From Nanobdellota archaeon (GTDB lineage: Archaea > Nanobdellota > Nanobdellia > SCGC-AAA011-G17 > JACPNG01), in assembly GCA_038046345.1 (NCBI GenBank), contig JBBSWJ010000011.1, positions 1-55,108 of the forward strand: a stretch of DNA of 55,108 nt, read 5' to 3'. Shown here one piece after another: positions 10,310 to 18,825 of the stretch. The first letter of the stretch is position 1. Every line of letters begins with the position of its first letter. The notes beneath the pieces are model-generated. The model was not told where the DNA came from and made no database searches. It saw only the letters and a program-made list of their open reading frames with translations. The translations under genes were made by a program, and so were the position numbers.

Positions 10310-10424
10310 ACCATCTAAAAAAAGTTCCGGCTTAAATAATTTTTGGCTTCATAACAAACAAAAGTTTAAACTAAATGCGCGCAGTTAAGTTTTTAAGTAC
10401 ACCACGGCCATTTAAGGCTAAAAA

Positions 10425-10511
10425 GGGCCTGTAGCTCAGTCCGGTAGAGTGCTCCCTCGGCATGGGAGGTAATAACCCAAAATGCCTCGGGTTCGAATCC
10501 CGACAGGTCCA
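10425..10511 (+). tRNA. tRNA-Ala(GGC) with 13-nt intron at 43/44 (10469-10481)
   Basis: Acceptor GGGCCTG/CAGGTCC with G3:U70, A73; anticodon GGC 10459-10461; TTCGAAT T-loop; BHB fold around insertion. Confidence 0.92.
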
Positions 10512-10529
10512 TAATCACAGGAGGCTACA

Positions 10530-10961
10530 ATGGAAGACTGCATATTTTGTAAGATAATAAACGGAGAAGTCGAACATAATAAGATATACGAAGATGAGCA
10601 CAGCTTCGCATTCTTAGACAGAACTGCAATAAACAAAGGGCATACTTTAGTAGTTCCAAAAACCCATGTAAGCACATTACTTAAACTAAATGATAAAGAA
10701 AGGGACGCTATATTCAAAACTGCACAAAAGATTGCAGGAAGCTTTAAAGAAGCTGTTGGTACTGACAACTTTAATATAAGCATGAACAACGGAAAATTTG
10801 CAGGACAAGTAGTATTCCATGCCCATGTACATGTAATCCCAAGATTTGAGAACGACGGATACGACCACTGGGAAGGTAAAGACTGCAGTCCAATAGAATC
10901 AAAAAATATTGCAAAAAAAATTAGAGATACGTTAGCACGCCTCCGTAACTCAGCTTGGTAG
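10530..10961 (+). CDS. HIT-family nucleotide hydrolase
   Basis: DCIFCKI, GHTLVVPK.H, GQVVFHAHVHVIPR triad; GGAGG SD; last 23 nt inside tRNA-Met. Confidence 0.93.
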   Translation: MEDCIFCKIINGEVEHNKIYEDEHSFAFLDRTAINKGHTLVVPKTHVSTLLKLNDKERDAIFKTAQKIAGSFKEAVGTDNFNISMNNGKFAGQVVFHAHVHVIPRFENDGYDHWEGKDCSPIESKNIAKKIRDTLARLRNSAW

Positions 10962-11012
10962 AGTGCCAGTTTCATACGCTGGTTGTCGAGGGTTCAAATC
11001 CCCCCGGAGGCA
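10939..11012 (+). tRNA. tRNA-Met(CAT), probably elongator
   Basis: Acceptor GCCTCCG/CGGAGGC, A73; anticodon arm CCAGT-TTCATAC-GCTGG; lacks initiator A1:U72 and GGG/CCC anticodon stem. Confidence 0.88.
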
Positions 11013-11117
11013 TTCTATAACATGAAATTACTGATTTCTTGATAATAACATAAGATTGATCACTTACATGTTTAATGTATATGATTAATTATCTAACATT
11101 ATTTTAAATGAAGAAAC

Positions 11118-12122
11118 TCAGTCAACGATCTCAGTAGGAATCTTTTTAAGATCACAAAAATCCGAAGAAAAATTATAAGCACCTGCATTTAAGAACACTA
11201 GCCCATCACCAACCTTAGGGTTTATTAAGAATACACTATAACGAAAAATATCCATAGAACACGGTGTTTGCCCTTTGATAACGTAAGCTTTACCACTTTC
11301 TAATTCCCCCCCCACTTCTAAACGATGATGCGTAGCAAAAGTATCAATTGCAGAATTATAAACTGAACAGTCAATAATTATATTATTATCATAAATATTT
11401 TTTATGCTGGTTACTAGCTTGATACATGGAGCTGCAATAAATCTACCAGGCTCTATGATCAGTTTAATATTTTTTAACCATTCCCTTAATTTTTTTATAT
11501 CCTCAAAAATAGGCCCAACATCTGCATGTAAATTTTTGTACTTAACTGGTATACCCCCGCCTATATTTATGAGATCAATACTCTGAAATGTTTCTGGTGT
11601 TAAAGAATCTTTTAGCTCATAAACCAAATTCCATTCGCTAATATTCTGAGTCTTTCTATGAAAATGTATGCCTAGCTTGTTTATGTTAATATTTTTTCTT
11701 AATTCTGGAATTAACTTATTAATTTGATATGAATACATACCAAACACAAAATATTTACCAGTGTGAATTGTATGCTCTCTCAACCGCATCCTCAATAATA
11801 AATTTATTTTTTTGTTATTTTTTTGAATAAAATCTAATAACGAATTTAAGTCAGCTTCATTATCTACAACAAAGTTTTCAAGACCATACGAAAAAACTTT
11901 TTTTAAATCAGAAGCCTGAAGGAAAAACCAAATACGCTTCTTATCTCTTATCTTAGAAATACTTTCAATAGTATGAATACTAAAAAAACAGTCAGTTTCA
12001 AGCTCAAGAATACCCGCAACTTCATAATTAGTCTTTGCACTATAAGAGATATAATCCGCTAATCCGCTTATGATACTAAACTGTTCTAAAAGTTTTTTCT
12101 TGCTCAGTACAAATTTACTCAT
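11118..12122 (-). CDS. Fold-type III PLP decarboxylase (ornithine/arginine/diaminopimelate/carboxynorspermidine family)
   Basis: YSAKTN (PLP Lys), INIGGG, IIEPGR, GQTPCSMD, NAGAY. Confidence 0.85.
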   Translation of the reverse strand: MSKFVLSKKKLLEQFSIISGLADYISYSAKTNYEVAGILELETDCFFSIHTIESISKIRDKKRIWFFLQASDLKKVFSYGLENFVVDNEADLNSLLDFIQKNNKKINLLLRMRLREHTIHTGKYFVFGMYSYQINKLIPELRKNININKLGIHFHRKTQNISEWNLVYELKDSLTPETFQSIDLINIGGGIPVKYKNLHADVGPIFEDIKKLREWLKNIKLIIEPGRFIAAPCIKLVTSIKNIYDNNIIIDCSVYNSAIDTFATHHRLEVGGELESGKAYVIKGQTPCSMDIFRYSVFLINPKVGDGLVFLNAGAYNFSSDFCDLKKIPTEIVD

Positions 12123-13056
12123 TGATTAAACCATCCTTCTTTAACACTTCAAGAACAGAAACCATTACTAACGGAAAATTAATAGACACATCCCCAATAA
12201 CAGTAACAGCATCAGAATCATCCTTGATTTTACCCCAAGATTTGGCCTCATTAGTTGTAGCACCGCTCATACTTCCAGAATAGTAGCTGGCAGTGGTCAT
12301 GTACACAGCATAATCAAGCCCGCCATTTAACAAACAAGCAAGTATAGCATGATGTTTAGATACGCTCCCGCCAAGAGAGATCAAACCTTTAATATCATCC
12401 TGAGATACAGTCAGTAGAATATTCTGAAAATCCTGAACTACATCAATAATAAAATCAGGATATTTTTGCTGAAATAAGAATAAATGAAAACCAAAAGACC
12501 CATCAGTAATTGCTGGACAGAATATTGGAACATTATTACTAGATGCTTGGTACAAAATTGAGTTTTCATCTTTTAATTCTAACCCTATCTCTTTTAAAAA
12601 TTCAGAAACAGCCCAACGTTTTTTCTTCTGATATAATTTATCAAATAACGGAAGCAAATAATTTTCAAAATTACAATAACTTTCATTGGTGATAAATAAG
12701 TTACCAACACGATTAACCCCCCGTTCATATAAAGCTACATCATTAGAATTAAAGTCCCCCACAATAAAATTTTCACCAATAGACTTCATAATATCCTCCT
12801 CTATAGAACCGACAGTTGTAACAACAACATCAGCCATACCAAGCTTTATGATCTGAGAAAAAAAACCTCTTAGCCCAGAAGTAACCATGTTTGATGTAAA
12901 AGTAAGAAAGATCTTTGCTGAAGCCTTCTTCATTTTAATGATTGTTTCTGAAGCTTTTGATAACTCAATACTTTGAAACCCAAGATTCTTATAACAATTC
13001 ACAAGATCTTGCACACTCATTCCGGATTTCCAATAAAAATCTTTCACATAAGCCAT
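12115..13056 (-). CDS. dys: Deoxyhypusine synthase
   Basis: GFQS.EL, FTSNMVTSGLR, PAITDGS.G, GSMSGA...EAKSWGK with catalytic Lys. Confidence 0.95.
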   Translation of the reverse strand: MAYVKDFYWKSGMSVQDLVNCYKNLGFQSIELSKASETIIKMKKASAKIFLTFTSNMVTSGLRGFFSQIIKLGMADVVVTTVGSIEEDIMKSIGENFIVGDFNSNDVALYERGVNRVGNLFITNESYCNFENYLLPLFDKLYQKKKRWAVSEFLKEIGLELKDENSILYQASSNNVPIFCPAITDGSFGFHLFLFQQKYPDFIIDVVQDFQNILLTVSQDDIKGLISLGGSVSKHHAILACLLNGGLDYAVYMTTASYYSGSMSGATTNEAKSWGKIKDDSDAVTVIGDVSINFPLVMVSVLEVLKKDGLINE

Positions 13057-13172
13057 TTTAAAAACTAAGAAAACACTATTTAACTTAATTTACGGATATT
13101 ATCTACTGAGTTGTATCCCATGCCATAGCATGGTAAAGAAAGGTTTAAAAGAGTATCTTAGGCCTTAATAAG

Positions 13173-13292
13173 ATGGAATATACTGGCTATAATAGTAAAA
13201 GTGCGGACTATCTAGGTAATGTAAATTTCAGAGGTAGACGAGCATGCTGCCATAAAGGCTGCAATGACTGTGTTTTAATTACTGGGTATTAA
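13173..13292 (+). CDS. Small Cys-rich protein (39 aa, CCxxGCxxC motif)
   Basis: Below ORF-track cut-off; MEYTGYNSKSADYLGNVNFRGRRACCHKGCNDCVLITGY; TTTAAAA box 13144-13150 with purine-rich BRE, 23 nt before ATG. Confidence 0.55.
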   Translation: MEYTGYNSKSADYLGNVNFRGRRACCHKGCNDCVLITGY

Positions 13293-14992
13293 TGCCCAAA
13301 CCTATCTGAGTTTAATAATTGGCTTACATGTTTTTTGCGTAATTTTGTGGCAATATTCCTATCATTAAGAAACTTCTTCATTAAAATAGCTGTATGCTTA
13401 CCAGTAAACAGGTGCGGCAATAAAACATAATCAGCACCAACAGAGTATAAATCAAGAGCTGATTCAACATGGTTTTCAGTAACAACAACAACAATTTGTG
13501 GGTTAATGTCCTTTAGGTAAGAAACAAGAATCTTATTAATCTCTTTATCCGGAATAGCGCTGATTACCATCTTAGCGTAACTGACGTTAATCTGCCTTAA
13601 AACCTCAATATTGGTAGCATCACCATAGATACAATCAACTTTCTTATCCATGAGCTGTTTAATGATATCCGGGTTACTGTCTATCACGATAACATTCTTA
13701 CCAATATCTTGGAGATTTTTTAAGAACATACTGCCCATTCTATGACATCCGAATAAGATAACATGATGTTTTTTCTTTTTATTATACCCTAAACTTGTAG
13801 ACTTATTTTTTAGAACCGCTAATTTCTCGAATGGACTAAGAAAACGAGAGAAAAATAAGTACAAACCCGAATCATGATTAATAATGTAACTTGTTATCAG
13901 CATACTTGTTATTGTAACAAAAATAGCTATTGAAAAAAATTCTTGGTTTATATGCTTAAACGTATAAAATGCAAGAACAGCCATGATAAGACTAAACTCA
14001 GAAACCTGCCCCATATCCACGCCTGTGATAAAGCTTGTACGTTTCTCATAACCAAAAATACTTGCCAACAAAAAGATTATTATTGGTTTTATGATCAAAA
14101 CCACCAACAACAACACAATGATAGTAAATACCATCGAACTTGTAATAGGAACAAGATGCAATCCAAGAGCTACAAAAAAAATCGTTGAAAAAAACCCACG
14201 TAAACCTTCTACATGACCAGCAATATCATGATTATAAGGTAAACTTGCAAGACCTACACCAGCCATAAATGCACCAATAACAATAGAAAAACCAAACCAG
14301 CTTGATAACAAAGCAAACAAAAACATAATAGTAACTGCCCATAAAAATAATAACTCATGGGATTTTGCAGAAAAATTAAATATACCTGGAAGAGCAAACC
14401 TGCTTACTATAACAACAATTAATATCAAGATAATTGTTTTCAAAAATGCCCAGCCTAACACATTAAAACTAAAATCAGTAACAGTTGCAAGCGCAGCAAG
14501 GACAAAAACCACTATTACATCCTGCATGATTAACAAACCAAGCATTAATTTTCCATGCAAAGTATCAACCACTTCTTTATCTTTTAACAGTTTAACAACA
14601 ACTGACGTAGAAGAAAAAGCAATAATAAGCCCAGTATATACAGAAACTAATGATGAGAATCCCAATAAAGAACCAACCAAATAGCCAATAGCAAAGGTTA
14701 TACCTACTTGCAGCAACCCGCCAACAACTGCGAATAAAGAAACTTGCTTAAGCTTAGGTAAATTAATCTCTAAACCAACAATGAACAATAAAAAGGCAAT
14801 ACCAATCTCTGAAAGACTAGCAATGTCTGCAGTATCTTTTACCAAACCTAAAACCAACGGCCCAATAATAACTCCCGTGAGTATATATGCAGGAATGAAC
14901 GGCTGACGAAATAAATGAGCAATGTATGCAAGTATTGTAGCTACAATTATTATTACCCCTATGTCATAAACCAAGCCCTGTTCAATTACCAC
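13289..14992 (-). CDS. CPA2 cation:proton antiporter with TrkA-N/KTN domain (Kef-like)
   Basis: About 12 TM helices, SEIGIAFLLFIVGLE, SSTSVVVKLL, QVSEFS; C-terminal ILFGCHRMG..YGDAT; GTG start with GGTGAT SD. Confidence 0.92.
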   Translation of the reverse strand: MVIEQGLVYDIGVIIIVATILAYIAHLFRQPFIPAYILTGVIIGPLVLGLVKDTADIASLSEIGIAFLLFIVGLEINLPKLKQVSLFAVVGGLLQVGITFAIGYLVGSLLGFSSLVSVYTGLIIAFSSTSVVVKLLKDKEVVDTLHGKLMLGLLIMQDVIVVFVLAALATVTDFSFNVLGWAFLKTIILILIVVIVSRFALPGIFNFSAKSHELLFLWAVTIMFLFALLSSWFGFSIVIGAFMAGVGLASLPYNHDIAGHVEGLRGFFSTIFFVALGLHLVPITSSMVFTIIVLLLVVLIIKPIIIFLLASIFGYEKRTSFITGVDMGQVSEFSLIMAVLAFYTFKHINQEFFSIAIFVTITSMLITSYIINHDSGLYLFFSRFLSPFEKLAVLKNKSTSLGYNKKKKHHVILFGCHRMGSMFLKNLQDIGKNVIVIDSNPDIIKQLMDKKVDCIYGDATNIEVLRQINVSYAKMVISAIPDKEINKILVSYLKDINPQIVVVVTENHVESALDLYSVGADYVLLPHLFTGKHTAILMKKFLNDRNIATKLRKKHVSQLLNSDRFGH

Positions 14993-15111
14993 TTAAATCA
15001 CCATCTCTTTACTAAATATAGTTGCTATTTACTTTTAAATCTTGCTTAACATAGTTATTTTGAAACCAACAATAAGGTTTAAATAATTTGTAAAATATTA
15101 TCACTGAAAGA

Positions 15112-15599
15112 ATGAAACTAACAATTAGTGTACTTATATCAATCATTGGAATAATTTTGTTATCTACACCACCAACTGTAACTGGAGCATTAATCGGAAC
15201 TACGACTAGTGTATCTTTTCTTAGCCAAATTTTAGGATTGATACTAATTACTTTAAGTATTGCAACGTCTATGACTAATGGGTTAGAAATAAGGGTAACA
15301 GATAACATCAAAGAATCAAAAATACTTTTAAAATTAGCAAAAGATGCAAGAAAAAATGCTCACGTTAGAAGCGAGTTAACGCACCTTGGAGATGAATTAA
15401 AAAAAGGTAACCTTGAAGCTGGATTGGGTCGTCAAGGTCATATCGAAGATACAGGTATTTTTATTTACGTGGGCGCAATGGTGGAAGACTATACTTTAAT
15501 AGAACTGGGGAAAAAAGTTATCAAATCGTTGGTGAATCTGGAAAAGGAAAAAATCAAGACCGTGTGATGGCAGAGTTGACTAGAATTTACAAAAATTAA
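15112..15599 (+). pseudogene. Frameshifted membrane-anchored putative toxin (TM hairpin plus RelE-like/RHS C-terminal-type domain)
   Basis: Adding one T to T5 at 15458-15462 gives a 162-aa protein ending GIFYLRGRNGGRLYFNRTGEKSYQIVGESGKGKNQDRVMAELTRIYKN (TAA 15597-15599). Confidence 0.7.
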
Positions 15600-15903
15600 T
15601 CCCATTTTGTAAAATAAGTTCTAAATTCCAAATTTTGAATCAATCTATCTACTGTGCGCCTAACTGAACCTTCAGATATCTCACCAACAATTATCATACG
15701 TGGCAAGCAAAAAAAAGTTCCAGCTTCATCTTCACCAGTGCGTCTATTTTTTTCAAGGCTATAATGGATATATCTCAGTGTGGTAAACCAAGTAGAATAT
15801 ACCCCCTGCCTTTTGATGGCATAACACTCACATAAACTGCATCAGATTCAGGAATAAAATCCTCCGGGTCAAATCTGATACTATAATTATTAGCCTTTAT
15901 CAT
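15596..15903 (-). pseudogene. Frameshifted putative immunity-type protein
   Basis: Not in ORF track; ATG 15903 frame stops after 42 aa; adding one base near G5 (15802-15806) gives 102 aa ending YSTWFTTLRYIHYSLEKNRRTGEDEAGTFFCLPRMIIVGEISEGSVRRTVDRLIQNLEFRTYFTKWD. Confidence 0.6.
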
Positions 15904-16147
15904 AACTACACTGAAATAACAAAAAATATAAACTTTTTGGTAATAGCTTGATCTACCCGTTTAACATTTATGCTTGTTTAATACCCATTTTGAAAATTCT
16001 CCAATAATCCTAACTAAACTAAAATAAATAAAACCAGTTTAATCATGGAATGACCAATATATTTTTAAACTTTGACAAAAATGCCATACCAATTGTAGTA
16101 TATACAGCAGCTATAATTTGTTTAATAATAGCATTGATGAAAGAACG

Positions 16148-16537
16148 ATGGAAACAAAAATACGCGCAAAAATCATCGAAGAAATGGTCGGAAGCCCAAA
16201 GGAACACATCGAAACAACATTCAATGACTTACTCGAAAAAATCAAAAAAGAATTTGAGGTCGTTGAAGAAACAATAAATGAACCAGAAGAAATAAAGGGG
16301 ATGTGGAGCACATTTGCAGAATTAGAAATAAACTTTAACGATATGAACCAGCTAACAGGATTCTGTTTTGATTTCATGCCAAGCTCAGTAGAGATAATAA
16401 GCCCAAAAGAACTTAAAGTAGGGCATAATGATATTAACAATCTACTGAATGATATCTTAGCAAAACTACACCAATACTCTATGATGCTGAAAAACACTAT
16501 TGCAGAAAATAAGATACTTAAAAAAAAGTTGTCATAA
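16148..16537 (+). CDS. Conserved archaeal hypothetical protein
   Basis: IIEEMVGSPKEHIE, WSTFAELEI, FCFDFMPSSVEII.P pattern; ATG 16148 preferred over TTG 16118. Confidence 0.75.
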   Translation: METKIRAKIIEEMVGSPKEHIETTFNDLLEKIKKEFEVVEETINEPEEIKGMWSTFAELEINFNDMNQLTGFCFDFMPSSVEIISPKELKVGHNDINNLLNDILAKLHQYSMMLKNTIAENKILKKKLS

Positions 16538-18709
16538 TTATTTTTTTAGCAACTCACGAGCTTCCTTCAAGGACTTATCAAGCTCTTCTTCTAGTTTAGA
16601 ATCTTTTTTAACAATCTTTTGTCTAGGCAGACTCTCACCGCCTTTAAACTTATTAATAATTGATTCGAAAACTGGAACATCTTCATTTTTATCCGATCCA
16701 GATAAACCTGGCAAGAACTTAGCACGAGGTTTTTTCTTCTTTTGAATCTGCAAAAATATAAATCCAGCAGCACCAAGAACTACTAAACCAGCTAGTATCC
16801 ACCATAAATAAGATGTACTGCTCTTTGGTTCATCAGGCTCTGGAGGTTCAACACCAGTATCACAATCATCAGGACAATCACCATAAAAACTTTCATCGTC
16901 ACTACAGACACCATCACCACACTCGGCAGTAGAAGACCCACAATCATCTGGGCATCCATTAATCAGCTCAACACTATCACAAACACCATCACCACAGTAA
17001 CAGTCTACACAATTATTTTGATCTTCACCTAAAGAAGACTGGCAAACTCCATCCTCAACACATTTACCTTGGGATTGGCAAGATTCTAAACAAGGACCAC
17101 CACAGTCAACTCCATCTTCATACGGATCTAAGATATCATTATTACATGAAGAAGTACAATCATCTGGACAATTAGACTCATCCTCACCAAACTGGTAATC
17201 ACAAGTATCATCAAGATTACAAATACTAGATGTTACACAACTATCATCATCCCCATCAGAAGAATCATCACAGTCGTTATCAAGCAAATCTGAACAAGAA
17301 GATTCGGGGTTTTCATAGGCTGTAATGCTCTCATAATCACAACCAGGCCATGCACCATCAACACATGTCTCAACAGCACCATCACACACCCCCGCCTGAA
17401 GACTGCATTCTCTTTCATCACCAGTAGAACAGATACAACCAGTATCAGCATTACCATCACAGTCATTATCCGCCCCATCACATAAATCAACTTCAAAAGG
17501 AACATAACTATTATTATACGCTAAATATGTTTCTTCAGTACAACCAGGCCATGCACCATCAACACATGTCTCAACAGCACCATCACACACCCCTGCCTGA
17601 AGACTACACAATCTTTTCTGGCCATCAAAACACTCTATACCAATTGAAGACGGAGAAAAACCAGCCCATAAAGTTATAGCCGTATCAAAGACAGTTCCAC
17701 CAAAAGACCCATCATCTCGTTGAGCGCTTTCAAAAAAATTAATTGCTTCTGGGATTAAAGATGAAAACTCAGTATTTTCAAGAGCCTTAACCGCAAGAGC
17801 AGTATGCACTACATTACCGCCCCATGATCCATCATTTCTCTGTGTATTACTCAATGATTTAGCAAACAAAGAATCACCAGTAATTAAGTATAATAATGCC
17901 TGATGCATAGCATTTGACTTATCTGCATTCAATCTTAAAAAAAACTCAGGAGCAGACTTACCAGCATCAGTCAAAGCAAGGCTAGCCCATAAAGAAGAAT
18001 CTAAGTCACATGCACCTGAAGAAGATACACCAAAACAACCATTCTGAGCAGTAACTATAGCACGCGAAGTCCTGGCTTCATCAACAAGATAGTAACTACT
18101 ACCAGTTCTAAAAATAATAGAGATGACATCTACATTAGAAAGAGAGTTACAGTTTACGTCTAACTCTAGAGGGGCAATTCTGTTTAAAACACCGGGCTGA
18201 AGACAATTGTTTATATCAAAAAAAGTGGAATTACCACATGTCTTGAATACACCCTCAACAACTTCAACTTCCTTCTCAACAAATGAAGCATCTGTTTCTT
18301 CATAAGATACCCTGCATGTACCAGTATCATCAGTAGCAATCTGTAATAACCAGCTACCAGTCAATGGAGCAATGGACTGCTTATCATGCAAATAGTCAAG
18401 ACCCTGATCAACATTCACTCCAAGTCTGCTTAATGCTATAATAGCAAACGCTGTATCTTTAATCTTACAAGCGCTGATTGGCCAACATCCCGAGCTTTCC
18501 TGAGACTTTAAGTAATTTTTTTCTAAAGAAGTATTAAAATTAATATTCCCAAGAGCAAGAGATGCAGCACTAGCATCCACAACATTATGATTATATGTAC
18601 CATTATCTCTCTTGCTAACAAGGTAGGTATAAGCAGCATTAAGATCAGTTTCAGCTAAAACTAGCACAACTGCCAATAATAAAATTATTCCAAGATAGAT
18701 TCTCCTCAT
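16538..18709 (-). CDS. Cell-surface protein: prenyltransferase/squalene-cyclase-like repeats, Cys/Asp-rich repeats, C-terminal TM anchor
   Basis: Signal peptide; QRNDGSWG and QRDDGSFG QW-like repeats; CDGADNDCDG (MopE-like) and CGDGVC repeats; TM at LWWILAGLVVLGAAGFIFL. Confidence 0.8.
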   Translation of the reverse strand: MRRIYLGIILLLAVVLVLAETDLNAAYTYLVSKRDNGTYNHNVVDASAASLALGNINFNTSLEKNYLKSQESSGCWPISACKIKDTAFAIIALSRLGVNVDQGLDYLHDKQSIAPLTGSWLLQIATDDTGTCRVSYEETDASFVEKEVEVVEGVFKTCGNSTFFDINNCLQPGVLNRIAPLELDVNCNSLSNVDVISIIFRTGSSYYLVDEARTSRAIVTAQNGCFGVSSSGACDLDSSLWASLALTDAGKSAPEFFLRLNADKSNAMHQALLYLITGDSLFAKSLSNTQRNDGSWGGNVVHTALAVKALENTEFSSLIPEAINFFESAQRDDGSFGGTVFDTAITLWAGFSPSSIGIECFDGQKRLCSLQAGVCDGAVETCVDGAWPGCTEETYLAYNNSYVPFEVDLCDGADNDCDGNADTGCICSTGDERECSLQAGVCDGAVETCVDGAWPGCDYESITAYENPESSCSDLLDNDCDDSSDGDDDSCVTSSICNLDDTCDYQFGEDESNCPDDCTSSCNNDILDPYEDGVDCGGPCLESCQSQGKCVEDGVCQSSLGEDQNNCVDCYCGDGVCDSVELINGCPDDCGSSTAECGDGVCSDDESFYGDCPDDCDTGVEPPEPDEPKSSTSYLWWILAGLVVLGAAGFIFLQIQKKKKPRAKFLPGLSGSDKNEDVPVFESIINKFKGGESLPRQKIVKKDSKLEEELDKSLKEARELLKK
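17339..17605 (+). repeat. Intragenic direct repeat, 66 nt x2 (17339-17404 and 17540-17605)
   Basis: 65/66 identical; both encode SLQAGVCDGAVETCVDGAWPGC on the minus strand; the single difference is synonymous. Confidence 0.9.
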
Positions 18710-18825
18710 TCAATCGCCTCTTAACTTATAAAGAGAATCAGTTATTTAAATAAGTTTTGGAATACTTACACTATAGTTTAAAGCGAGATGATAGCCTTAT
18801 AAAACTTAAACTGATATTATAATTA

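Noticed and set aside
10390-10424. Leaderless tRNA transcription implying RNase P loss
   Set aside because: TATA-like boxes lie about 22-33 nt upstream of five tRNA starts, compatible with short leaders that are normal in archaea; tRNA-Glu and tRNA-Met need 5' processing anyway.
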